Source: Mobula birostris (taxonomy: Eukaryota). From it: 64,000 nt of DNA. The notes under the pieces were generated by a model that had not been told where the DNA came from, ran no database searches, and was given only the letters and a program-made list of their open reading frames with translations. The DNA lies in NCBI RefSeq assembly GCF_030028105.1, contig NC_092373.1:45750699-45814698 (forward strand). Reading direction: 5' to 3'. This document shows, in pieces, positions 37,236 through 50,610 of the stretch (its first letter is position 1; each line of letters begins with the position of its first letter). Both the position numbers and the translations under genes were made by a program.

Positions 37236-38620
37236 TAAGATATAGGAGCAGAATTGGGCCATTCTGCCCATCGAGTCTGCTCCACCATTTCATCTTGGCT
37301 GATAATTTTCCTATCAGTACCAATCTCCTGCCATTTCCCCATATCCCTTCATTCCCTTACTAATCAAGAATCTTGTCATACATGGGGGCACTGAAGGTGG
37401 ACCCAAATGCAAGACACAGACACTGAAGTACTGGGAACTGGACTGGACTAGAGTTAGGGATGGGACTGGACGTAGACTAGGAGCTGGGATAGGAACACAA
37501 ACTTTGGCTAGGAAAGCGGTTCCAGGACAAGGAACTGGGAACTAGGAACCTGGGCTTGGACGCCGAGCCAGAGACTGGACAAGGATGCAGAACCTGGGTC
37601 TTGAGTCCGGCTCGGACCCCGGAACTAGGTGAGGACATGACGTGGCTACAGGTCTGGACACAGGCTTGGGTTCTTCGAGGCTTGGGTCGGTTAGGTCCTT
37701 GAGTATGGAGCCAGAACTCCTTCTTAGAGCATAGGGCCAGGGTGCTTTCGCAGGGCCAGGCCCCTTCCTTGGACGCCGGGCCAGGATGCTTACTAGGATG
37801 CGGGTCTGGGATGACTGCTGAGGTAAACCGCAGAGGAAACTGTCAGGGATTCAGATGGAGAGGGGAAGGGAACAGTCCAGCCTCAGGGTAACAGCAAAGT
37901 CAGCCTGTCTTACCCCACGGAGGCAAGGAGAGGAAGGGAGCTCAATCCAGGGTGGCTCCAAGTCTCGGGGTGGCCAGCAACCTTAGCTGGCTATGGAAAC
38001 AGCCGAATCCATATCTAGCTCAGAGTGGCAGATGGCCACTCAGCTGGTCCTGGAAACAGCCGAATGCATACCACGTTGACTGCTCCAACTAGAGACAACA
38101 AGACTCCATTAAGCGGTGGTCCTCCAACCAGGCCTAGAGATCATGAATGGCTGCTCTAGCCTTCTACCAGTGGGTTGCTCCTAGAGGATACTGACAAGAC
38201 AAACCAGCCCCCCACACTCGAACCCAGGGCCACTTATATTCCCAGCCCCAAGATGAGCATCAGGTGCCTATAATTAAGCCCAACTGAAACAAGGGACAGC
38301 CGGAAGACCCGGAGTCTGGAGCCCACGGACCAGACCGTGAACCGGAACGCAGACTTCATGGACCGGACCATGACAAGTCCATCTATCTCTGCCTTAAATA
38401 TACCCAATGACTTGGCCTCTAAAGTTGCCTATGGCAGTGGATTCCACAGATTCACTACTCACTGGCTAAAGAAATTCCTCCTCATCTATGTACTAAATGG
38501 ATATCCCTCTATTCTGAGGCTGTGCTCTATGGTTTTAGACTTCCTCACCATAGGAAACACCTCCACATCCATTCTATCGAGGTCTTTCAGCATTTGATAG
38601 GTTTCAACAAGATCCTCCCT
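37236..38620 (-). mobile_element. CR1 3' fragment split by a solo LTR (37236-37373 and 38376-38620)
   Basis: Colinear with 23860-24170; the sequence aatcaagaatct / agtccatctatctctgcc is continuous across the LTR. Confidence 0.85.
37374..38375 (-). mobile_element. Solo LTR related to 9698-11523, in opposite orientation
   Basis: TGTCAT...ATGACA termini; the reverse complement begins tgtcatggtccggtccatgaagtctg and ends gtctgtgtcttgcatttgggtcc...tatgaca; decayed TSD aatct / agtcc. Confidence 0.85.
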
Positions 38621-39916
38621 GAATCCACTACTACTAAGAAACTTGTGCACATAAATGATTCAGGAAAATCTACATGAATCCTCCACAAAGATAATGCAGA
38701 CAATTCCCAGTGGAGAGGTTCTGCTGTAGGCATCTCAGACAGTGCATGGCAAGCTGCTCAGTTTGCTGATCTATCTCAGGCCACCAGACAAAGCTTCAAG
38801 CCAATGCTTTAATTTTATCACACCTAGATGACAGGTATGAGGATCTTCCAGCACTTTGTTCTCAGCTTGGATGGTGCAACGACTTTCATTATCCACATCA
38901 GGCAACCCCTGTCAAGAACAAGTTCATCCCAGCACTGATAAAAATGGGGAAACTTGAATTTCTGCTGCAGTATCTTAGGTTGCTATGCAGACCTGAGGTA
39001 GTGTGGGGTCTTTCCTGATTTCCCTTTAGGTCATCTCTGCTGAAATAAGGAGACTTTCAATTTACATTAGAGAGAATATATCGAGGAGTGTCCCTTTTTG
39101 TAAATTTTTCAGGCATTTCCTTCAGTTTCCATGCACTCTAGGTCACTGGCTACTTTAACATGGATGGTATAAGGAACCAGACAGGCTTTATAAAACTTGG
39201 GAATAGCATTTTCATTTAGCATTATTTTATCCTTTGATATGCATGAGTCTTCCGATGACATCCTTGACCATTGTTGTGGCATAATCTCGTACCTTTCTTA
39301 ACGTGCTTTCAGTTGACTTTATTGTTGAGGATGTAGCATGCAAATGATAGATGGGTCTTCAATAAGGTTGTAGTTGTTTCAGCCAATCATGCCTCTGCAA
39401 AGGTGGCTCTCCAGATTTTACTGCGTGTCATTCCCACAGGAGTTATCTTTTCTCCAGTGTAAGTTCTTAGTTAGATGTCTGGAGGCTTCAGTGCAGAAAC
39501 ATTGAAATGCTATTCAAACTAATTTTGGGTGATGACTGAAACAGCAAAGCCAGTATCCAATTCCATTTTAACTAATTTGCCATTCACTTCTGAAGTAAGC
39601 CATATTGCTTGTCTATTGGTAGTTTTCACATTGTAAATCTCGAGACTCCATAGTCCTGTGTCACTCTCCTTATTATCAGCTTTTTCTCAAAAGTATGCAG
39701 ATTAGTGCTGTTTTTGAAACTGCAACCTCACTTTTTAGCTTTTACTCTTTCCTATGCAGTCTATTTATTTTTTCTGCCTGACATGCTCTTTCTCTGTGTC
39801 CTTTTCTGTTAATTTTTTTGCAGGTTTTGCATTTAAACTTCCATTGGTCTGGTGCATGTGATCCCCTGCTACCATGGTCGCACAATTGATTTGGCCAGGG
39901 AGGTTTCTGTTTAGAC

Positions 39917-40103
39917 CAGGGGTCGGCAATGTTTTTGCCTCTGTGGGCCGGATCACATCTTAATGAGTGGACGGTGGGCCAGATAAATGCCATAAAAAAA
40001 CTGAAATATGGGAATTATCCATTTACATCTAGTTATGTTTTGCCTCAAATTAATGAATAACGCTTGCTAGAAAATCATTTGTGCTTAAGGTTGCCTACCC
40101 CTG
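39917..40103. mobile_element. hAT (Charlie-like) MITE, 187 bp
   Basis: TIRs caggggtcggcaa / ttgcctacccctg; exact 8-bp TSD gtttagac at 39909-39916 and 40104-40111. Confidence 0.92.
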
Positions 40104-40719
40104 GTTTAGACATTACAATTTTGTTCATGCTTACTTTCATTCCTGATTTAACTCAATTGCATTTCTGGCTGCTGTTTCCATTGATACAACGATTTCAACT
40201 ACTCTTTTAAATGTGAGTTGTGTTTCAGTTAGGAGCCATTTTGAATGATTTCTTATAAGATTCCACAAACTATTCCAGGAACTCTCCGGGTATCCTTAAG
40301 TCCATCGCTCTGAACTGATCCTGCTCAGCCAATCTCTTCAATTTGGTCATGTAAGCCGAAATGGACTCCCTTTCTTTTTGATTCTGTTTTTGAATCTTAA
40401 AGGGTTCTGCAATCAACAACAGTCCTGTTTCTAAGTGTTCCAGCATTACTTTTACAATATGAGCAAAGCTCATTTCAGCTGGCTTGGTTGGAGCAGTCAA
40501 ACTTCTAAGCAATCTGTGTGGTTTTCCACCTATTGCACTCAGTAACACTGACATTCACTTTTCATTAGCAATTACATTTGCCTCAACATACAGCTCAATT
40601 CATTCAGTATACATTATCCAATTATTTGTTGTGTAATTAAATGCGCCTAACTTTCCGATGTCGCCAACCATTTCTGCTTTTTAAAGATTTATTGTTATTA
40701 TCACTCGGCACTCGCTGTC

Positions 40720-41300
40720 ATCAAGAAAGTGCAAAGAGAGGATCAACTGCGAGAAGACTGAATGTATGGTTGACACAATGAAGAAAGAAATACAGAAATA
40801 AAAACTGAAAGTGGGCAATAAAACAATTAAATAGATCTGGAAATTCAATTACTTAGGGAGCACAATGACATCTGTTGGTTGGACTGATGTTGAAAGGAGA
40901 AGAAGGACTGGGATTACAAAATGCACGTTCAAGCAAGATACCAAAGAGTAACATATTTTTGACAGGTACGAAACTCAGAGTGTTGAAGCGCTATATTCAT
41001 TCCACACTAACATATAGAAGCAAATGTTGGACAATATCAAAGCAAAATGAGGGAAAACTTGAAGCTGCAGAAATGTGGTTTTTGAGAAGAATGATAAAAA
41101 TATTGTGGAAGGACAGAGTAACAAATGAGGAAGTGTTCCAAAAAGCTGGAATAAGAGGACAGCTGATATCATCAATCATCAAATGGCAACTGGAATTTTT
41201 GGGACTCTGAGGAAAGAGAACCTGAAACATTTTGCAGTTACCGGAAAAAAATGATGGAAGAAAAAGTCATGGTTGGCATGACATACATCAAGGGATGGAC
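40720..41300 (+). mobile_element. RTE-clade LINE fragment
   Basis: INCEKTECMV, FNYLGS, KLRVLKRYIHSTLTY..CWT, LEAAEMWFLRRMIKILWKDRVTNEEV. Confidence 0.85.
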
Positions 41301-42530
41301 AGGCAAAAATTTAGAAGAATTATTATAACCATTAATAGTTGTAACCAGCCTGTGGTAGGTCACCTTGAGGACCCAGCTGAAGAGATCTCAGCCAGCGACC
41401 ATGCTCTCTCAGTGGTGTCTGGCACTAGAGGATGACCAGAACATAATCCATGGGGTTAATATTACCTTTGTAAGGCTGCAGCAGCATATTCCCAAGATTC
41501 ATAGAATTAAAAATGAATGAATTGCTTTCAACATCCTCTATTCATATTATTGTTTGCATTTTGCAAATGAAAGGAATGCTGGAGCCCAAGGCTCCAATGG
41601 TAGCTGCTCGATCTTCCACAATTTCATATGCGGTATCTCAAACAAATCTCTTGGCTGTCTCAGTTCCAAAGAAAACAGTTCCATCTTATCCATTCTTTCT
41701 CTGTACCACTATTTTACTGAACTGCCAGCATCCTTGTTAATCTCCTCTCCACTCTGTCCAATGTAATCACATCTTTCCGCGAAAGTGGTGAAAAGATTCA
41801 TATGTAGGATGTGTCAACAACTCCATAATTTTCTGCAAAATAAAGCTCCATATATCTCTTGTGCTAAAAAAAACAGAGAATGGGAGCAGAGAGCACTCAA
41901 ATATTTCTGGTTTTTGAATGTTTGGACCATGTTAATCTCTACAAATAAGTAATAATTGTATCAGATGTCCTTGGTACAAATTTACTAAAAGGTTCTCAAA
42001 ACAACCAAATAATCCATGCTTACAGATTAAAGGGGTCTGCATTAATTCTATGCCGTTGCTAAAGAGGTCTACAGAGTACTTCAACAAGTATGCCTCCCTC
42101 TAAATTTAGCAAACATTCCCCTCTGCAAAATTAGCAGGTGAAATCTCACAACCATGCCTGGAGGAGAGATTTCCACCTTTTCTGAAAGGTCACACAGTTA
42201 TTACTGCCCTTTTTCCTGAGAGTCTGACAATGCATTGCATACTTCAAGTAACTCGGTATTTCTTTGCTGGTCTATAATCAGGGTTATTTTGTCATTTAAA
42301 GAATATTTCCATTTTTTGTGCTTTCCCCATTTTGTCAAGTATTGACATTCTGCTTAATGATCTATGAAGGGAAAGAAATCATAGCTACTGGAGATTTTCT
42401 TCATCAAAAAAAAATGAATACCTTTAGAGTGATAAATGCTACACATTGATCTGTATGACTGAATCCAAGCTTGTGCTTGTTTCTTTGCCTGGTGTTGATA
42501 TTGAAAATCAAGTCAGGTGGAGTAGACTAG

Positions 42531-44183
42531 CCAGTTCCCCTCTACCATCACTCTGCTCCGTCTAGCGGAATTAGTCCTTTTTCTTAATAATTTCTCCTTC
42601 GGCTCCTCCCACTTCCTCCAAACTAAAGGTGTAGCTATGGGCACCCATATGGATCCTAGCTATGCCTGCCTTTTTGTTGGCTTTGTGGAATAATCTATGT
42701 TCCAAACCTGTTCTGGTATCTGTCCCCCACTTTTCCTTCGCTGCATCGACGACTGCATTGGCGCTGCTTCCTGCAAGCATGCTGAGCTCGTTGACTTCAT
42801 TAACTTTGCCTCCAAATTTCACCCTGCCCTCAAGTTTACCTGGTCCATTTCTGACACCTCCCTCCCCTTTCTAGATCTTTCTGTCTCTATCTCTGGAGAC
42901 AGCTTATCTACTGATATCTACTACAAGCCTACTGACTCTCACAGCTCTCTGGACTATTCCTCTTCTCACCCTGTCTCTTGCAAAAATGCTATCCCCTTCT
43001 TGCAATTCCTCCGTCCCCACTGCATCAGTTCTCAGGATGAGGCTTTTCATTCCAGGACGAGGGAGATGTTTTCCTTTTTTAAAGAAAGGGGCTTCCCTTC
43101 CTCCACTATCAACTCTGCTCTCAAATGCATCTCCCCCATTTCACGCACATCTGCTCTCACTCCATCCTCCCGCCTGCCTCTGGGCCCAACATATTATTCT
43201 CCGTAACTTCCGCCACCTCCAACGGGATCTCACCACTAAGCACAACTTTCCCTCCCCCCCCCCGCTTTCCACAGGGGTCACTCCCTACGCGGCTCCTTTG
43301 TCCATTCATCCCCCCCCCCATCCCTCCCCACTGATCTCCCTCCTGGCACTTACCCTTGTAAGCGGAACAAGTGCTACACATGCCCTTACACTTCCTTCCT
43401 CACCACCATTCAGGGCCCCAGACAGTCCTTCCAGGTGAGGTGACACTTCACCTGTGAGTTGGCTGGGGTGATATACTGCGTCCAGTGCTCCCGATGTGGC
43501 CTTCTATATATTGGCGAGACTCAACGCAGACTGGGAGATCATTTCACTGAACATCTACGCTCTGTCTGCCAGAGAAAGCAGGATCTCCCAGTGGCCACAC
43601 ATTTTAATCCCCTTCTGATATGTCTATCCACGGCCTCCTCTACTGTAAAGATGAAACCACACTCAGGTTGGAGGAACAACACCTTATATTCCGTCTGGGT
43701 AGCCTCCAACCTGATGGCATGAACATTGACTTCTCAAACTGCCGCTAATGCCCCACCTCCCCCTCGTACCCCATCCGTTATTTATTTTTATACACACATT
43801 CTTTTTCTCTCTCTCTCCTTTTTCTCCCTCTGTCCCTCTCACTATACCCCTTGCCCATCCTCTGGGTTTTTTTCCCCCCTCCCCCCTTTCTTTCTCCCTG
43901 GGCCTCCTGTCCCATGATCCTCTCATATTCCTTTTGCCAATCAACTGTCCAGCTCTTGGCTCCATCCCTCCCCCTCCTGTCTTCTCCTATCATTTTGGAT
44001 CTCCCCCTCCCCCTCCCACTTTCAAGTCTCTTACTAACTCTTCCTTCAGTTAGTCCTGATGAAGGGTCTCGGCCCGAAACGTCAACTGCACTTCTTCCTA
44101 GAGACGCTGCCTGGCCTGCTGCGTTTACCAGCAATTTTGATGTGTGTTGCTTGAATTTCCAGCATCTGCAGATTTCCTCGTGT
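42531..44183 (+). mobile_element. PLE family A, 5' truncated (RT C-half, GIY-YIG, pLTR)
   Basis: FLQTKGVAMGT, FLRCIDDCIG, LPFLDL, TDIYYKPTDSH, GIY-YIG; TSD tggagtaga(c/t)tag at 42518-42530 and 44184-44196. Confidence 0.93.
44052..44087 (+). ncRNA. Minimal type I hammerhead ribozyme motif (core intact)
   Basis: AGUC-CUGAUGA-A-GGGU-CUCG-GCCC-GAAA-CG-UC-AACU; one stem I mismatch next to the cleavage site. Confidence 0.75.
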
Positions 44184-45204
44184 TGGAGTAGATTAGTAAC
44201 ATGTTGGATTACAATACTTGTTATACTGTACTCCAGTCAGTTTATGTTTTTCCAATTGATGAGATGAAGTTCCCCTTTCAATCTCTGGGGCTAAATTGAA
44301 ACTACATTAGGCAACACCTACATCATTCAAAGTGAACAGGTGAGCCCAGCACAAAACTCCTGGAATGTTCAAGTTTTCATATTCCGTACAGACTTGCTAT
44401 TAGAACTGATTGCCATGTGAGAAACGTATTGCACTTCTTAATTTTTATCACCTTTTTTGGATCAAAGCTATGTATTTAGATGACTGTATTGACTTCCAGC
44501 TTCCCTCAGATTACCAAAATACTTTCCATGATTAAATATTAATAATTTCCCTCTAAAAGATCATACCAAAGTATCTTAGGGTAAAATTGGTGTTGTTAAC
44601 AGAACAACACAGGACACAACAAATGATCAGGCTTTCATTAGGGTGGGAAGTGGAGATAAAATGTTAATGGGCTAAAAAGCAAATTGTTATTGTTCACTCT
44701 GGTCTACCAAACAAGGAATTTCAGCTCCATGGCTTCACTTGCTCCTGATGTTATGATAAAATATAGGGTCTTCTCCGTCATCTTAAGGATGTATGTGGTG
44801 ACATGTTATGTACTCTGATAATAAATTTTACTTTAAACTTAACCTCACCCAGTCAATTATAAATTGCAAAATGCATAATTCAAAAAGTAATTAATTTAGA
44901 ATGTCACCAATTTTATGCAAATCAGACATACTCAATGAAGTCCCTGAAGAGGATGAAATTTACAGGCTTGCTTCCAACCTTCCCTATGAGTCAACACCAG
45001 AGTGACGAGAGTCTATCACTGATTTGCAGCTAACACTTTGGCATAATTTAATTTGAATTGGTAAAAGAGTATTGGTAAAATTGGTGACTTGAACTTTCCA
45101 GGTTACAGTCCATTCCTAGAGCTCCAGGAATGTGAATAAAATAAAGGAAAACAATGAAGTCACAGAATATCCAATTAGAGAGGCATTTCTCTTTTAGGGA
45201 CTGA

Positions 45205-46130
45205 AGCATTGCAAGAAGTGGGAATTGGAGAATGGACTACATGAGTCTGCTTCATTATTCAATAAGATCAGGGCTGAGTCAAATATTCTTGTCCATACTT
45301 CCACCATTTCACATAACTTTTGATTTTGTTACTGATTAGAAATCTATTTTTCACTGCCTTAAGTATACTGAAAGACTGCCCCACAACTCTCTATAGCAAA
45401 GAGTTCCAAAGTATAACAATCATTGAGAGACAAAAATCTTCCCCACATTAGCCTCAGATATATAGTGCTTTATTCAGAAATCAAGGCCTCTGCTTCTGGA
45501 GTTTTTTTTTATTAAGTGCAATCATGAACAATTAGAAATGCTGATCAAGTCAACTAGTTCCCAAAGAGAACTCTGATAGGCCAATCAGATGGTTCACTGC
45601 TGCTCAGCGATAACAGGCACAAGGGTTGCTAGCCCCTGTACCCCAGAAACACACCTGAACAGTGCAGCGGAGGTATGTGCTATGCATGACCTGATCTGAA
45701 AACATCATGTTGACTCATAACAGATCATGTTCACGGTGGAACAGCTTAGTCAAGGATGGGGTGATCAGCACAGATGGACAAATTATACCGCCACTGCCCC
45801 GAAGTTTCCCAAGAGAGAAAACATCCTCTCTGCATTTACCCTTCTAAGCTCCCAAGAATCTTAAATGTTTCAATAAGGTCACCTCCCATTGTTCTTTGGA
45901 ATCCTGAACTCTTTAATCTTTCCTCTTTTATAATCCCTCTTATACTAATGACCTTCCCAGTTGACCCAATTTCTCTGAATACTTCAGTGAAGTATCCTGC
46001 CTGAAATGGGGAGGGGAGAGCAGCAGTATTATTTGTAGTACTCCAGGTGTGATCTCACTCGTGTTTTATACAGTTGGAGTAAGACTTTCCCACTTACATA
46101 TGGCAACTCCATTGAAATAAGTGCCCTAGT
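45205..46130 (-). mobile_element. Highly degenerate CR1 3' fragments with unrelated sequence in the middle
   Basis: Patchy similarity to the CR1 3' region (ttcaataagatcagggctga; ttccaaag; gtttcaataaggtcacctc; tactccaggtgtgatctcac). Confidence 0.45.
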
Positions 46131-46454
46131 GAAACTATGTGTGTAGAAGGTCTTCAGCCGAACTCGTTACATCTTTAGTAGAAGGGTGAACCAGAAAGGA
46201 ATATTATTTTCACAAGAAGGGTATTGTTACTGAGAATGATGTGTTTTAGAGTCCCTGTGGGATTTGAACTCCTCATGATGCTCCAGCTTAGTCTGAATTG
46301 GCCCAAACCTGGCTGCCACGTATGAGTCCAACATGGACTTTACTTGGAAAAGTCTTGGCCTGTGTAGCAAAGGGAGAAAACTTATCAGCCTGGGGAATTT
46401 CAGTGCCAGCACTCAGAAAAACCACAAACATCTCGAAATGATCATTAAATCATT

Positions 46455-49104
46455 CAAAAGAGGTGACACAGGATCGGAAGGTGCAGAATCTTTATGGGTT
46501 GCAGGGGTAAAAGGACCCTGATGGCAGTTATATACAGGCCTCCAAACAGCTGCAGTGATGTGGAGTTCAAATTACAACAGGAAATAGAAAAGGCTTGTCA
46601 AAAGGGCAGTGTTATGATAATTGTGGGGGATTTTAACATGCGAGTGGATTGGGAAAATCAGGTTGGCACTGGATCTCAAGAGAGAGAATTTGTAGAATGT
46701 CTGAGAGTTGACTTTTTAGAACAGCTTATTGTTGAGCCCACTAGGGGATCGGCTGTACTGGATTGGGTATTGTGTAATAAACCGTAGGTAATTAGAGATT
46801 GAGGTGAAGGAACTCTTAGGAGGCAGTGATCATAACATAATTGAGTTCACTGTGAAATTTGAAAAAGAGAAGCCGAAATCTGATGTGTCGGATTTCAGTG
46901 GAGTAAAGGAAATTATAGTGGCATGAGAGAGGAACTGGCCAAAGTTGACTGGAAGGTGACACTGGCGGGAAGGACGGCAGAGCAGCAGTGGCTGGAGTTT
47001 ATGCATGAAGTGAGGAAGGTGCAAGACAGGTATATTCCAAAAAAGAAGAAATTTTCGAATGGAAAAAGGATGCAACCGTGGCTGACAAGAGAAGTCAAAG
47101 CCAAAGTTAAAGCAAAGGAGAGGGCATACAAGGAAGCAAAAATTAGTGGGAAGACAGAGGATTGGGAAGTTTTTAAAAGCTTGCAAAAGGAAACTAAGAA
47201 GGTCATTAAGAGGGAAAAGATTAACTATGGAAGGAAGGTAGCTAATAATATCAAAGAGGATACTAAAAGCTTTTTCAAGTATATAAAAAGTAAATGATAG
47301 GTGAGAGTAGATATAGAACCGATAGAAAATGATGCTGGAGAAATTGTAATGGGAGATAAGGAGATGGCGGAGGAACTGAGCGAGTATTTTGCATCAGTCT
47401 TCACTGAGGAAGACATCAGCAGTATACCGGACACTCGAGGGTGTCAGGGAAGAGAAGTGTGTGCAGTCACAATTATGACAGAGAAAGTACTCAGGAAGTT
47501 GAATAGTCTAAAGGTAGATAAATCTCCCGGACCAGATGGAATGCACCCTCGTGTTCTGAAGGAAGTAGCTGTGGAGACTGCAGAGGCATTAGTGATGATC
47601 TTTCAAAAGTCGATAGATTCTGGCATTGTTCGAGAGGACTGGAAGATTGCAAATGTCACTCTGCTATTTAAGAAGGGGGCAAGGAAGCAAAAAGGAAATT
47701 ATAGACCTGTTAGCTTGACATCAGTGGTTGGGAAGTTGTTGGAGTCGATTGTCAAGGATGAGGTTACAGAGTACCTGGAGGCATATGACAAGATAGGCAG
47801 AACTCAGCATGGATTTCTTAAAGGAAAATCCTGCCTGACAAACCTATTACAATTTTTTGAGGAAATTACAAGTAGGCTAGACAAGGGAGATGTAGTGGAT
47901 GTTGTATATTAAGATTTTCAGAAGGCCTTTGACAAGGTGCCACACGTAAGGCTACTTAACAAGATAAGAGCCCATGGAATTACGGGAAAGTTACATACGT
48001 GAATAGGGTGTTGGCTGATTGGCAGGAAACAGAAAGTGGGAATAAAGGGATCCCATTCTGGTTGGCTATCGGTTACCAGTGGTGTTCCACAGGGGTCCGT
48101 GTTGGGGCTGCTTCTTCTTACATTGTACATGAATGTGATTTGGATTATGGAATAGATGGCTTTGTGGCTAAGTTTGCTGACGATACGAAGATAGGTGGAG
48201 AGGCCGGTAGTGCTGAGGAAACGGAGAGTCTGCAGAGAGACTTGGATAGATTGGAAGAATGGACAAAGAAGTGGCAAATGAAATACAATGTTGGAAAGTG
48301 TATGGTTATGCACTTTGGCAGAAGAAATAAATGGCAGACTATTATTTAAATGGGGAGAGAATTCAAAGTTCTGAGATGCAACGGGACTTGGGAGTCCTCG
48401 TACAGGATACCCTTAAGGTTAACCTTCAGGTTGAGTCAGTAGTGAAGAAGGCGAATGCAATGTCGGCATTCACTTCTAGAGGAATAGAGTATAGGAGCAG
48501 GGATGTGATGTGGAAGCTCTATAAGGCGCTGGTGAGACCTCACTTGGAGTACTGTGGGCAGTTTTGGTCTCCTTATTTAAGAAAGGATGTGCTGACGTTG
48601 GAGAGGGTACAGAGAAGGTTCACAAGAATGATTCCGGGAATGAGAGGGTTAACATATGAGGAACGTTTGTCCGCTCTTGGACTGTATTCCTTGAAGTTTA
48701 GACGAATGAGAGGAGACCTCATAGAAACATTTTGAATGTTGAAAGGCATGGACAGAGTGGATGTGGCAAAACTGTTTCCCATGATGGGGGAGTCTGGTAC
48801 GAGAGGGCATGACTTCAGGATTGAAGAGCGCCCATTCAGAACAGAGATGTGAAGAAATATTTCTAGCCGGAGGGTGGTGAATCTGGAATTTGTTGCCACG
48901 GGCAGCAGTGGAGGTCAAGTCATTGGGTGTATTTAAGGCAGAGATTGATAGGTATCTGAGTAGCCAGGGCATCAAAGGTTATGGTGAGCAGGCGGGGGAG
49001 TGGGACTAAATGGGAGAATGGATCAGCTCATGATAAAATGACGGAGCAGTCTTGATGGGTCGAATGGTGGACTTCTGCTCCTTTGTCTTACGGTCTTATG
49101 GTCT
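46455..49104 (+). mobile_element. CR1 LINE ORF2 (APE C-half plus RT), 5' truncated, with several stops and frameshifts
   Basis: VIYRPPN, IIVGDFN, LDWVL, GSDHN, KSPGPDGMHPRVLKE, NYRPVSLTSVVGK, QHGF, DFQKAFDKV, GVPQGSVLG, FADDTK; (ggtctta)n-like tail. Confidence 0.95.
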
Positions 49105-49287
49105 AAATGCATGAATGACCAGTGAGGAGTTTTGAAAGCAAACACCAGTGGAATCTCCCCCCCCCGGTGAAATGCTTCGAGCACAGCCTTGTCCTAATTA
49201 ACACAATAATTCATTAGGGAGACAAGCACAGGAACTCACAGCAATGGTTCTCATGCAAGAATTGGTACTAGTCAAGAGGAACAATTG

Positions 49288-49595
49288 CACAGCCAGTAGC
49301 ACTGCTGCCTTAGAGATCTAGTGAACTGGCTTCAATCGTGGCCTCTGGTGCTGTTGTATGTTCTTCCTGTGACAATGTATGTTTATGTCGGGTACCCTGG
49401 TTTCCTCCCACATCCAAAAGATGTGGGTTGGCACATTAATTGGCCACCGTAAATTTGTCCTAATGTGTAGATGAATGGTGGAATCTGAAGGATAGAATAT
49501 AATAGGTTAGGGGATGAATAGTATAAATGAGTAGTAGATTATTGTTCATGCTTTTGTGGGCTGAAGGGCTGGTTTCTGAACCATATCCCTCTCTG
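49288..49595 (+). mobile_element. Degenerate V-SINE
   Basis: tRNA-like head; ggtttcctcccacatccaaaaga; gggctgaagggctggtttctg tail. Confidence 0.6.
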
Positions 49596-49719
49596 TCTCC
49601 GTGAATCACCAGTGCAAAAGCAGACAGTAAAACTGAACATCAGTTGGACTGAACATCAACTACATTTCCTGTATCTTCATCGACATGGCTCAATCTGCAA
49701 AAAAAATCACCGTTAAACA

Positions 49720-50610
49720 GTTCAAGGCCTTGCAAAGAATCTGGAAAGATAGTAGTTCTCAGTGGGGATGTGAAAGCAACCTGACACTCCCAACCAACAA
49801 GAACTGCAATATCCTGAAGTCCAGCATAATTAACACCTGTGGTGGGACACTGTTCCTGTAGCGGAGAACACAGTTTGGTATTGTGAAAACACCAGGACAC
49901 TCAGGAGCTAATAAACTGTAACTGCAAAGTTTTCCTGGACTGGAAGTTCCACCATGTATCAGAGGAAATTAAACGGCTCCAGAAATGTGAAGGCTGACAT
50001 CCAACAGAAAACACATGACAAATGACGGATGGAAAGAGTGCAGTTCCACCAGCAGCTCATTGATAATCTTGAAACGTATGAATTCTTCAGACCATCCAAT
50101 GTCCAAGCATAGAAGGCCCCATCCCACAAAGAACATTGCTAAGCTTATTAAGTAGCTAGCACTCACTGGAGGAGACATTTTGATGAATTTGTACGCATGA
50201 ATTATTCGGCCTCACCTCACCTTATTCCCATAAGAAGTTGAAAAGGCAATAAGTCAATTGGAACACAACAAAATCTCAGGAGCAGATGGTATTCCATGAG
50301 ATGGTGAGATGAGATTTAATCACAAAATCATAAATTTCTCCAAGATTAGAATAGAAGGACGTGTAAGGGAGCCCTGAGATGTTGAGATAAAGGCTAGGTC
50401 TAAGAAAGAATACACCTTCCATTGCAAATGCAGCACATCACATCCCAAAAAACACACCTGCCCTCCCGCCCTTTCCTCCAGCCAAACATCTCCTACCTCA
50501 TGTGTGCTAAATCTGTGCATCCCCTATTGGCTTCATCAGCTGCCCCATAGCACTCAGAATTCAATTAGAAGCAGGGTATCCTTGATACTATGTGACTGCT
50601 AAAGAAGAAG
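49720..50610 (+). mobile_element. Highly degenerate RTE LINE remnants
   Basis: EVEKAISQLEHNKISGADGIP at ~50234-50296; 3' end gactgctaaagaagaag. Confidence 0.5.

Larger units (their letters stand above)
36329..40715 (-). mobile_element. Internally deleted Gypsy LTR retrotransposon (3' LTR 36329-36557, no 5' LTR) with nested insertions
   Basis: Minus strand: gag (VLLSAIGG..LLRSLTAPTKP..ESISAY..LKRLAE), decayed zinc knuckles ~39780-39890, protease VNGKLVKMELDTG ~39530-39605, integrase HHCC region ~38735-38870, FLVVVD ~38621-38645, STTNISPATLFLG..LDLLKP ~37155-37235. PPT agcagggaagga (36558-36569) abuts a TG...CA LTR. Confidence 0.85.
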
